From positions 4,039,227 through 4,103,226 of the forward strand of contig OY970254.1 in NCBI GenBank assembly GCA_963715585.1: 64,000 nucleotides of DNA, written 5' to 3'. The notes below the pieces were generated by a model. That model saw only the letters and a list, made by a program, of their open reading frames with translations. It did not search any database and was not told the origin of the DNA. The position numbers and the translations under genes were made by a program. This DNA comes from an uncultured Chitinophagaceae bacterium (GTDB taxonomy: Bacteria; Bacteroidota; Bacteroidia; Chitinophagales; Chitinophagaceae). Below are positions 55,025 through 63,626 of the stretch, in pieces (positions within the stretch are counted from its first letter, which is position 1; the number at the start of each line of letters is the position of its first letter).

Positions 55025-55149
55025 CTATCTGCAATTGCAAAAGCCCGGCTCCCTTTTCAATACCGCATTTACCAAACCCATTCAAAATCAACCCACTGTA
55101 AATATTTCACGGGTAGCAATGAGATTTTACCCTAAAGAAACGGCTTCTT

Positions 55150-55345
55150 CACCTGCCGCAATTACCTGTTAACTGACAGCAATGTAGTTAACAGGTAAAG
55201 CAATTGATTTTTCGGGTAAAGAAATGAATGCTGCACCTGCCGCAATTACAAAAAACCTGACAGCATGGTAGTATTGAGGTAAAGCAATTGGTTTTGCAGG
55301 TTAAGCAATGAATGCTGCAGGTTAAGCAATTGACTTTGTTGGTTT
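55150..55345. repeat. 84-bp tandem repeat, 2 full units plus a partial third
   Basis: CACCTGCCGCAATTAC starts units at 55150 and 55234. Units are 67/84 identical by hand alignment. GCAATT(G) words recur. Confidence 0.8.
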
Positions 55346-55550
55346 GTAAAATCACCTTTCCACACCCGCCAAAAACCCTCAAAAATGATTCATGTTGGGT
55401 GCATAGAATTCAGATTAGATCAACAATTGAATATGGCTGTTTAATCCACCTTCAACCGCTGCCCCATACAATTGGCACAGACAGGCTAACTGTTCACTGG
55501 TTAAGCTGCCCCTGTTTTAAAATAATTTGTATTTTGCTGTAAACATTACC

Positions 55551-56315
55551 ATGCAACAGCTTACCTGTGCCAATTGCGGCAACACTTATACCGGCCATTT
55601 TTGTAACCAATGCGGGCAAAAGCAGGTACACCGTTATACCGTGGGCCATGTACTGCACGAACTGCTGCATGTATTTACCCATGCCGATAAAGGTATTTTT
55701 TCGTTTGCCTGGCAGGTGCTTACAAAGCCCGGCACCATTGCGCTGGATATGGTGGAGGGCCGGCGCAAAAAATATTTTAACCTGTTTCAATACCTGGTAC
55801 TTATTGTTGGCATCAGCACTTTTGTAATGGCCAAAACCCACCTGATGGAGCAAACCATGCAATCGATGAACAATATAACCGGTAATAAAGTAACCGGGCA
55901 AATGGCCCTTATGCAGCAACAAATGGTGCAGGTGCTGCAAAAATATTTTAACCTGCTGCAGTTCTTTTTGATACCGGTGTATGCACTTTTCAGCTGGCTT
56001 TACCTGCGCCGTAAGGCATATAACTATGCCGAAAATATTATACTCAGCAGCGTTATCAGCGCACAAATGAATACCATTTCCATTGCAAGCATCCTGCTGT
56101 TTTCTTTAATTCACAATCCCAAAGCTATGGCCTGGTATGGGTTGGTTTCTTTGCTTATACTGCTCAGCTGCTTTGTCATCAGCTTCAGGCAGTTTTATAA
56201 AATATCATTTTTAAAAGCGCTGCTGTATAGCCTGCTGGTATATGTATGCGCTTATGTGGTACAGCTGGTATTGCTTAGCATAGTGCTGTTTGCCTATGTG
56301 ATGATAACCCGGTAA
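55551..56315 (+). CDS. DUF3667-type membrane protein with N-terminal zinc ribbon
   Basis: CANCG...FCNQCGQK then polytopic. ATG at 55551 preferred. Confidence 0.7.
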   Translation: MQQLTCANCGNTYTGHFCNQCGQKQVHRYTVGHVLHELLHVFTHADKGIFSFAWQVLTKPGTIALDMVEGRRKKYFNLFQYLVLIVGISTFVMAKTHLMEQTMQSMNNITGNKVTGQMALMQQQMVQVLQKYFNLLQFFLIPVYALFSWLYLRRKAYNYAENIILSSVISAQMNTISIASILLFSLIHNPKAMAWYGLVSLLILLSCFVISFRQFYKISFLKALLYSLLVYVCAYVVQLVLLSIVLFAYVMITR

Positions 56316-56462
56316 ATTAAATCGCTCCTCTTATTTCTTTACCAAAGAAACCTGGATATGTTCAACCGGTTCAAGTGAGCCTGTCTTTCTTTAAACACTA
56401 TCAAAGGCTTAACAGGCCTGTTATACCTGATATGCATCATTGCATAAACCTTTTTTTGTTTT

Positions 56463-56470
56463 TACATTTG
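56463..56470 (+). promoter_or_regulatory. -7 promoter box TACATTTG
   Basis: 17 nt upstream of the ATG at 56488. Confidence 0.4.
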
Positions 56471-56487
56471 AGTACTAAATATTGTTT

Positions 56488-58290
56488 ATGAAAAAAACTA
56501 CCGGGTTGCTGTGTATTTTGCTGTTCCCTTTTTTTTCTGCAACAGCACAATCTTTTGCTATTAATACCGATGGCTCTGCCGCCAATGCCAGTGCACTGCT
56601 GGATGTAAAAAGTACGGCTAAAGGTATATTGCTGCCCCGTATGACGGGTGTACAAAAAACCGCCATTGTGTTACCGGCAACCGGGCTGCTGATCTATCAA
56701 ACAGATGGTACACCCGGTTTGTACGAGAATAACGGAACTCCGGCTGTACCAAACTGGCAGCTGGTACTGGCAGCTGGTAATGGATGGACGGTAACGGGAA
56801 ACAGCGGAACAGATACCGCCGGTAATTTTATTGGCACCACCGATAATATGGCACTGCGCTTTAAGATAAACAACCTGCACGCAGGGTTGATAAGCAGCAG
56901 CATCAATGCATTTGGCCTGGGTGCTGCCAAAGCGCCGGGCACATCCACAGGTATTACAGCCATTGGTATTGCCGCACTGGGGCTTAATAAAAACAGAAAC
57001 GACCTGGTGGCCATTGGCGACAGTGCATTATATACCAACTCTACAGGGGCAACTGTGGCAACGCATGGAATAAGAAATTCGGCCTTGGGTTCCAAGGCTT
57101 TATTAAACAATACAACAGGATGGAATAATACCGGAACCGGTTTTCAATCATTATATGCAAACACTACCGGGGTGAGCAATACGGCTAATGGAGTTTTCTC
57201 GCTTACAGACAATACCACCGGTTCAGGCAATACCGCTTTCGGCGCTTATACACTCAGTAACAATACTACCGCAGGTGCCAACACAGCGCTGGGGTTTAAT
57301 GTACTTGTAGTAAATACTACCGGTAGTAATAATACCGGTATTGGATCGCAGGCTCTTTTTAATAATACCACTGGCTCATTCAATACCGTTATGGGCCAGA
57401 CTGCAATGCTTGTAAACCAGACCAGTTCCTATAATACCGCCCTGGGGTACGAGGCATCTTATTATACCCAGGCAAATAATAACACTTCGGTAGGCAGTTA
57501 TTCCTCATACAATAACATGTTGGGTGCAGAAAATACTTCCATCGGTTATCGTGCACTTTATACCAATAGCTCCGGTACATTTAATACGGCCGTAGGTGAT
57601 AGTGCGGATGTGCTTTCAAACAGTCTTACCAATGCCACGGCCATTGGCGCTAAAGCTGCCGTTAACTGCAATAATTGCCTTGTGCTGGGTTCGGTAAATG
57701 GTGTTAACGGCGCAACAGCCAATGTGAATGTTGGTATTGGAGAAAACAATCCAACTGTACCGCTCAATTTTGCTGCTGCCCTCGGAGATAAAATTTCGTT
57801 GTGGGGTAATGGAGCCAATCATTATGGATTGGGCATACAACCCTCGCTGTTGCAGGTACATACGGCAGACGTTGGCGGAGATATAGCTTTTGGCTATGGC
57901 AATAGTGCAGCTTTAACAGAAAATGTACGGTTTAAGGGAAATGGCGATGGAAGTATAAGAGGAAGTTTAACCGTGCAGAGCGGCATGGGCATCATACGTA
58001 ATATCAGTGCAACACAATTAAAAAAATTAAGTACGGCGGTGCTGGTTAATGTTACGCTGGCTGCAGGTGCAACTACCAGCATTGCTTTTACATGGCCGCA
58101 AACATTCAGTGCCGGCAGTATTGAGGCTTATGTAGGCAATATAACCGGCGGCGGTGGCGGTTGGGCCGAAGTGATCATGTCTGTTACCGGTATTACAACC
58201 ACCGGAGGTACTTTGTATGTAAACAATCCCCGTACCGCTTCCTGGAGTCCTAATTTTACTGTAAATATTATTGGTATTGGTCCACAATAA
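56488..58290 (+). CDS. Secreted repeat (fibre/adhesin-like) protein, paralog 3 of 3
   Basis: 600 aa. Same signal peptide and N-module (AINTDGSAANASALLDVKS..KGILLPRMT..GLLIYQ), NTA(L/I)G-type repeats and a distinct C-terminal domain. Confidence 0.85.
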   Translation: MKKTTGLLCILLFPFFSATAQSFAINTDGSAANASALLDVKSTAKGILLPRMTGVQKTAIVLPATGLLIYQTDGTPGLYENNGTPAVPNWQLVLAAGNGWTVTGNSGTDTAGNFIGTTDNMALRFKINNLHAGLISSSINAFGLGAAKAPGTSTGITAIGIAALGLNKNRNDLVAIGDSALYTNSTGATVATHGIRNSALGSKALLNNTTGWNNTGTGFQSLYANTTGVSNTANGVFSLTDNTTGSGNTAFGAYTLSNNTTAGANTALGFNVLVVNTTGSNNTGIGSQALFNNTTGSFNTVMGQTAMLVNQTSSYNTALGYEASYYTQANNNTSVGSYSSYNNMLGAENTSIGYRALYTNSSGTFNTAVGDSADVLSNSLTNATAIGAKAAVNCNNCLVLGSVNGVNGATANVNVGIGENNPTVPLNFAAALGDKISLWGNGANHYGLGIQPSLLQVHTADVGGDIAFGYGNSAALTENVRFKGNGDGSIRGSLTVQSGMGIIRNISATQLKKLSTAVLVNVTLAAGATTSIAFTWPQTFSAGSIEAYVGNITGGGGGWAEVIMSVTGITTTGGTLYVNNPRTASWSPNFTVNIIGIGPQ

Positions 58291-58305
58291 AATTAACCTG
58301 CACCA

Positions 58306-58335
58306 AAAAGCCCCCCGGTACACCGGGGGGCTTTT
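58306..58335. terminator. Bidirectional intrinsic terminator
   Basis: AAAAGCCCCCCGG-TACA-CCGGGGGGCTTTT. Confidence 0.85.
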
Positions 58336-58352
58336 ACATTAAAAACAGTTTC

Positions 58353-58901
58353 TCATTTCTTTGCAGGATAGTGTTGTATATGTTCGTCCAGCTCGATCAT
58401 TTTGCCGCCTTTCATTTTGCAGTCGTCAATAATGGCCAGCGAATCGGCTACGCCTTTTTCATTCTTCCAGCTTTGTTTGTACCAGATGGTTACCCACTCA
58501 TCTTGTTTATCGGCTGATATTACCGATTCGTAATCGTACATGTTAATAGTAAGATCGTTGTACTGGGTACGATGGTTTGTAAACATTTTTACGGCGCTGT
58601 CGCGGGTGAATTTACCCTGAAAATAATCAAACTTTACTTCAAGCGAATCGCCAACAAGGCCGCCCAATGCAGCAAAATCCTTATCTACAAATGCTTTAAG
58701 AGCGCCCATGGCTGCAGCTACATTTTCGGTGCTGCCTATCTGCCAGTTTTTGTAAGGCTTCTCCAGTTTGTAAGGCAGTGTTACTTCGGTGGCCGATGCT
58801 GTTTTGGTGCCGGTGCTGTCGCTGCCTGCTTCTTTGGTGGCAGCATTGTTGCAGCTTGCCAGCGCCACAGCCAGGCAGGTAATTACAATAAGTTGTTTCA
58901 T
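58353..58901 (-). CDS. Hypothetical lipoprotein (possibly NTF2/SnoaL-like)
   Basis: ATG at 58901 gives MKQLIVITCLAVALASC with a lipobox. The longer ORF-track start looks spurious. Confidence 0.55.
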   Translation of the reverse strand: MKQLIVITCLAVALASCNNAATKEAGSDSTGTKTASATEVTLPYKLEKPYKNWQIGSTENVAAAMGALKAFVDKDFAALGGLVGDSLEVKFDYFQGKFTRDSAVKMFTNHRTQYNDLTINMYDYESVISADKQDEWVTIWYKQSWKNEKGVADSLAIIDDCKMKGGKMIELDEHIQHYPAKK

Positions 58902-59138
58902 TGAAAAATTGTTTTTGGTTAAGATGATAAATAAATGAGGTGTGGCCGTTAAGCGGCTTACAGTAGCTGTAAGTTTTGTATTGGCAGCAGAAGGTAAGGC
59001 GAATAATCCTGAAATGCAAGGGTTTGGGGTTTTAATTTGCATTATGGCCGGCAGGCTGTTCAAGCCGGTAAAAGAGCTGTGCCTGCTGCAGCTTATACAA
59101 TTGTAGTGTTTGGCTGAAAAATGATCTAATTTCCGGTC

Positions 59139-60368
59139 ATGAGAAAAAATAAAAAGTTATGGTCTGTTGCAGCAGTACTTTTTGTGCTCATTCTTTTTTT
59201 AGCGCAGTGTATCAATCAAAAGGCAGTACCCGATGCCCGTGGCACTGCCTTTGCGCCGGAACAAACCTGCAGGCAATGCCACCAGGCCATTTACGATTCG
59301 GCTGTAACATCGGCACATTATCTTGCATCGGCAGCAGCCACGGCAAAAAATGTGTTGGGTAATTTTAATGCAGGGCATAATTTTTTTACGTACGACAGCC
59401 TTACCAGGCTGGTAATGGAACCAAGAGACAGCGGCCTGTACCAGGTTTTATACAACAATGGCGGCCCGGTGGCTGCCCACCGTTTTGATATTGTTTTTGG
59501 AACCCGGCATGCACAAACATCGCTTTACTGGCAGGGCAACCGTACCTACGAACTGCCGGTATCTTATTACCGGGCGGTAAATAACTGGGGTACCAGTCCG
59601 GGGTTTTCGGCAACGGTACCCAACTTTGACCGGCTTATTGGTATCGATTGTTTTGAATGCCACAGCAGCTATATCAGCCATAAAAAAAACAAAGCTGCCG
59701 GTGATAATTATTTTGCAGCCGATGATGCAGTGGAATTACTCGAAAAAAACTCGCTGGTATTGGGTATTGGCTGCCAGCGTTGCCACGGGCCTGCTGCTGC
59801 GCATGTTAACTTTCATAAAGAAAACCCCGACATACAAACAGCCCGTTACCTGGTAAGCGGTAAAACTTTAAACAGGCAACAGCAATCAGACCAGTGTGCA
59901 CTATGCCATTCGGGCAATGATAAAAGAAAGATACAATCCAGGTTCCTCTTCAGGCCGGGCAATGCGCTTGCCGATTATTTTTTGCCGGGTGTTGTGGCCG
60001 ATAGTGCCGGTCATTTTGATGTGCATGGTAACCAGTTTAATTTACTGAAGCAGAGCAAATGCTTTTTGCAAAGCAGCAGCATGACCTGCATTACCTGCCA
60101 TGATCCGCATGGCAAGGCAGATCTGCCGCCTGCCTTGTATTCGCAAAAATGTATGGGCTGCCATAACCAGGCGGCTGGTAATTTTTGTACGGTAAAAACT
60201 GTTGAAGCGGCAGTACTGCAAAACAACTGCATCGACTGCCATATGCCCCTTGAAGCGTCGGGTGCTATCAACTTCCGGGTTTCGGGCAGTGCGGCAGTTT
60301 CTTCCTATTTATTAAGAAGTCACCGCATAGGTATTTATAAACCCGATGCAAAAAAGGCTGTTAAATAA
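59139..60368 (+). CDS. Multihaem c-type cytochrome with seven CxxCH motifs
   Basis: CRQCH, CFECH, CQRCH, CALCH, CITCH, CMGCH, CIDCH. N-terminal signal/anchor. Confidence 0.85.
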   Translation: MRKNKKLWSVAAVLFVLILFLAQCINQKAVPDARGTAFAPEQTCRQCHQAIYDSAVTSAHYLASAAATAKNVLGNFNAGHNFFTYDSLTRLVMEPRDSGLYQVLYNNGGPVAAHRFDIVFGTRHAQTSLYWQGNRTYELPVSYYRAVNNWGTSPGFSATVPNFDRLIGIDCFECHSSYISHKKNKAAGDNYFAADDAVELLEKNSLVLGIGCQRCHGPAAAHVNFHKENPDIQTARYLVSGKTLNRQQQSDQCALCHSGNDKRKIQSRFLFRPGNALADYFLPGVVADSAGHFDVHGNQFNLLKQSKCFLQSSSMTCITCHDPHGKADLPPALYSQKCMGCHNQAAGNFCTVKTVEAAVLQNNCIDCHMPLEASGAINFRVSGSAAVSSYLLRSHRIGIYKPDAKKAVK

Positions 60369-60386
60369 ACTGCAGTTTTTTAAATG

Positions 60387-60821
60387 CTAATTATAAAAAT
60401 TCTGCGACAGTGAATTGGATACCACTTTAAATGCTCCGTCTTTATTAATGATCTGGTAGCAATTATTAATTGCTCTTATATTGGGGTTACTCATGTGTTT
60501 TTCGTTATAAGGAGCCAGCATATTTTCTTCGCTCAGTGTGTTTCCGGCTTCATCAATTGTACGGGCAATAACCCTGTAATGAAAATGCCAGGGGTTTAAA
60601 CCAAGATCCGAATCATCGGAAGAATAGGTATCATTAAACCCTTCAAATATCAGTTCTGATGTGTGGTTTATATGCTCCAGCAGGTTTTCGGTGATGTTGA
60701 TAAAATGGTCCATTTCGGGATCATCGTGTATAATGCCACTGTCCCACACCATGGCACCATTAATAAAAATAACCATCCTGTTATCTACATGTTTAACATT
60801 AACCCAGTATTCCTTTTTCAT
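60387..60821 (-). CDS. Hypothetical protein
   Basis: 144-aa ORF with no recognised motif. Confidence 0.45.
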   Translation of the reverse strand: MKKEYWVNVKHVDNRMVIFINGAMVWDSGIIHDDPEMDHFINITENLLEHINHTSELIFEGFNDTYSSDDSDLGLNPWHFHYRVIARTIDEAGNTLSEENMLAPYNEKHMSNPNIRAINNCYQIINKDGAFKVVSNSLSQNFYN

Positions 60822-61052
60822 TGTATGTGTTGTTTGATCTTAAAAATGATTGGTTGTTTTGAAGGTTTAAAGTTGCGGATGATAAAGGATACAGGTAATG
60901 AGAAACATCATAATATCAGCTGATAAGCATTACCTGTTTTGCTTTTGTTATTTCTGCACAATCCACATTTAGTCCACAACACAATTCGGTAACACAAGGT
61001 TTACAATTTCTTTACGTTATAGTTTGAGCTTACACACATTAAAACCATACAC

Positions 61053-61331
61053 ATGCTGCAAAGTAAAACGGTGCTTTCGCTAACGATTGATCTGCTGGCC
61101 AACAATGCTTTCAATCATTTAAAAGATGAAGAGATATCGGCCCTGCATTATTTGATATTAAAACTACAGGAACCGCTTACACCCATACAGCAAAACCTGT
61201 TGCTTACTTTCTGGAACCATGCGTACACCGGTGATTTACCTGCGGCTTTACTCTACCGCTGCAATACAGTATTGCAGCAGCTTGGCCGCTGCCCGCTGGA
61301 GGAAGTGATGATGGAGGTGGAAATGTATTAG
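61053..61331 (+). CDS. Hypothetical protein
   Basis: 92-aa ORF with no recognised motif. Confidence 0.3.
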   Translation: MLQSKTVLSLTIDLLANNAFNHLKDEEISALHYLILKLQEPLTPIQQNLLLTFWNHAYTGDLPAALLYRCNTVLQQLGRCPLEEVMMEVEMY

Positions 61332-61361
61332 TCGTTTATTTTACAGCCTGTTGTTTTTACT

Positions 61362-61650
61362 TTCTTTTTATTTTGATGCAAAAGAAACAAAAGATCAAGA
61401 CAAAACGAATGCTCCGCCGTTTTGCCGGGCCAACGCCACCAGACCAGTATGCTTTTAAAAAATTATTTCACACGCTTACCGTGGTTCAATAGTTTTTTGA
61501 AATAGTAATCAGTTCAATTGTCATTAGTGCGGCAGTTCAATATTATGTTAACAGCAAAATCGAAAAGTGCCTTGGTCGTTATCTAATCACTAAAAAATGA
61601 GTGTGGGTATCCATTAAATTTGAAACTGTTTTTAATTACTGCATGAAATC
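61362..61650 (-). repeat. Fourth, partial copy of the F4 element, inverted orientation
   Basis: The reverse complement aligns with 48150-48424 (TTTAATGGATACCCACAC, TTGAACTGCCGCACTAATGA, CTGGTCTGGTGGCGTTGGCCCGGCAAAACGGCGGAGCATTCGTTTTG). Confidence 0.8.
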
Positions 61651-61776
61651 TTGCCAGCGATATATCACAGGCTATCCATTGCCAATCGTAATTTTCGGCT
61701 TTTTTGAGCCTGTACCTGAAGTACAACAATAGTTTAAAGAGGTAGGAAACATTTTTTTATAAAAAGCTGAATTGTT

Positions 61777-62715
61777 TTAATCGACCTGGCCAAATGTAAT
61801 AGCCTGCCGGGTATGATATTTAACGTTTCGGTTATGATCAACAGCCGGAATCCATAGCGGCGATTTCCTGATTACTTTTATTGCCTGTTCATCAAACTTA
61901 GGACTTACAGGCACCTCTACATACAAGTCTGTTATATTACCTGCTTCATCTATGGTAAGTGCAAGTACTACCGTAACAAAATAAGTGTTCACCAGTTTTA
62001 CGCCATCTAAAAAATCGAGGTTGTTTAAAAGAAATGATCTCCATTTTTTGGGGCCGCCTTTAAAAGAGGCAGGCCTGTCTTTATTCTCCGTATCTGAAAC
62101 CTGTTGACCTGCTTCGCTGTAATACACCCGGCTAACCAGTTCGTTGGCTTTGTATTCTTCTACAGCAGCAAGTTTACCGTTTTTATGAAAGTATTTCCAC
62201 TTACCATCTTTATTGGTGCCGAAGGATTGCCCGGTATGAGAAAGCTGTCCGTTATCGAACCAGTATGTATGTAAAGATGTTCCGTCATTATCATACACCG
62301 ATGAATCGGACATAGATCCATTGCTGTGCCAGCCAATGATTGTGGTGGGATGACCGGCAATATAAAAAGCAGAGTCTTTCATCATGCCGTTGAAATGATT
62401 TGAGATCCACAAGCCATCTTTTTTTCCGTTCACATAATTGCCCTGCGAAGAAACAACCTGGTTTACATAAAAATACCTGAACCATCCGTTCTTTATTTTT
62501 AATGCACTGTCTTTATACAAACCTTTCATCTGCGATTTTTTGGTGCTCAGGTAAAAATCACGCCGCAGCCAGCCACTGTCGGTTTTATCAGTTAGTGAAA
62601 CAAAGCGGGCATCTTCGGGATTACTGGGTTTCCACTCCCAATCGTAATATTGTTTGTTTTGCGCAGCAGTATTGAGTACAGAAAAAAGATAAAAGAAAAG
62701 AAGGAATGTTTTCAT
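61777..62715 (-). CDS. Secreted MORN/YwqK-type repeat protein with TonB C-terminal domain
   Basis: GKKDGLW and NKDGKWKYFHKNGKL repeats. The C-terminal region is TonB_C-like. ATG at 62715 gives a clean signal peptide. Confidence 0.65.
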   Translation of the reverse strand: MKTFLLFFYLFSVLNTAAQNKQYYDWEWKPSNPEDARFVSLTDKTDSGWLRRDFYLSTKKSQMKGLYKDSALKIKNGWFRYFYVNQVVSSQGNYVNGKKDGLWISNHFNGMMKDSAFYIAGHPTTIIGWHSNGSMSDSSVYDNDGTSLHTYWFDNGQLSHTGQSFGTNKDGKWKYFHKNGKLAAVEEYKANELVSRVYYSEAGQQVSDTENKDRPASFKGGPKKWRSFLLNNLDFLDGVKLVNTYFVTVVLALTIDEAGNITDLYVEVPVSPKFDEQAIKVIRKSPLWIPAVDHNRNVKYHTRQAITFGQVD

Positions 62716-62849
62716 CCGAACAAATGTATATAAAAAGATTGGCCAATTTCTCAGCCAATCTTTTTTCACTTCTTCCGGTTAGTAAATTTATGATTTGGTT
62801 TACCAACCCGCTTCATCGCTTCTATATATGGAGGTAATATGCCTGGTTT

Positions 62850-63410
62850 TTACCACAGCGGCTTTTTGCCTGATGGCTTTATTGTATTTTTTGGTTTTGA
62901 GGAGAAGTGCCTGTTACCGTGCGGATCTCCTTTTGCTGTTACCTTATTAAATACATTTTTGTCGAATGTTTTTACAGGACCTTCTGTTATAAGGGGTGCC
63001 GCATTCAAACCATCGCCGGGCGACATCATGGGTTTATTTATATTGGCTGCATTTTCTACTGTAGCATCTGGTAATTGTATTGGCGCTTCTATAGGTGCCA
63101 TTTGCTTTTTTGCAATTACTTTACGGGCTGTTGGTTTTACCCTTACAGGCGTTTTAACTGTAATTACTTTCTTTATAACCGGTTTCTTTACAGGAGCTTT
63201 CTTTATTACCGGCTTATTTACGGCTGCTTTTTTTACGGTCTTCTTAGCCGCCGCTTTTTTTGCTACAACTTTCTTTTTTACTGGTGCAACAGCTTTTACA
63301 GCCGGCTTTTTTGCAGTTGATTTTTTAACTGCTGTTTTTTTAACAACAACTTTTTTTGCAGGAGCTTTTTTAACCAATGCTTTTTTTATTGGTCTGGATT
63401 TTTTTGCCAT
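62850..63410 (-). CDS. Histone H1-like lysine/alanine-rich protein
   Basis: 186 aa. The first ~100 aa are (A/V/P)KK repeats. The C-terminal ~80 aa are non-repetitive. Confidence 0.7.
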   Translation of the reverse strand: MAKKSRPIKKALVKKAPAKKVVVKKTAVKKSTAKKPAVKAVAPVKKKVVAKKAAAKKTVKKAAVNKPVIKKAPVKKPVIKKVITVKTPVRVKPTARKVIAKKQMAPIEAPIQLPDATVENAANINKPMMSPGDGLNAAPLITEGPVKTFDKNVFNKVTAKGDPHGNRHFSSKPKNTIKPSGKKPLW

Positions 63411-63464
63411 AATTTATTTTGTTTGAAAGCGATGAGTGAATTACCTGGTTTAAAATAACATTGC

Positions 63465-63472
63465 CAAAACTA
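63465..63472 (-). promoter_or_regulatory. -7 promoter box (TAGTTTTG on the minus strand)
   Basis: CAAAACTA on the plus strand, 54 nt upstream of the start at 63410. Confidence 0.35.
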
Positions 63473-63626
63473 TGCCAGTACGAAATACCTATGAATTATG
63501 TATGTTTTCTTATAAATACAAATTGTGTAAACCGGTGATCCATTTCATGCAGCAAAAAACGCAGTTTATACTTTTTGATGTTTTTTATCTTTTAGCGGCA
63601 CAGCATTTTTGTACAAAATTATTTAC

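Noticed and set aside
55188-55382. 64-aa Cys-rich ORF reading through the 84-bp repeat
   Set aside because: The Cys codons arise from the reverse complement of the recurring GCAATT word (AAT TGC), and there is no independent start or promoter evidence. It is kept as an alternative hypothesis in the findings, not called as a CDS.
55494-56066. 190-aa ORF antisense to the DUF3667 gene
   Set aside because: The plus-strand frame has a recognisable zinc ribbon plus a polytopic DUF3667 pattern. The antisense translation is featureless.
58902-59063. N-terminal 54-codon extension of the lipoprotein ORF 58353-59063
   Set aside because: The internal ATG at 58901 yields a canonical lipoprotein signal (MKQLIVITCLAVALASC). 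The extension is non-hydrophobic and overlaps the divergent promoter region.
61777-62715. YwqK-type 'antitoxin' repeats as evidence of a toxin-antitoxin module
   Set aside because: The MORN/YwqK repeats are fused to a signal peptide and a TonB C-terminal domain, and no toxin partner is adjacent. The family name is not functional evidence here.
62839-63426. 195-aa plus-strand ORF (F/T/G-rich) opposite the H1-like gene
   Set aside because: It is the mirror image of the AKK repeat (TTT/CTT codons). The lysine-rich minus-strand reading has a proper start and a non-repetitive C-terminal domain.
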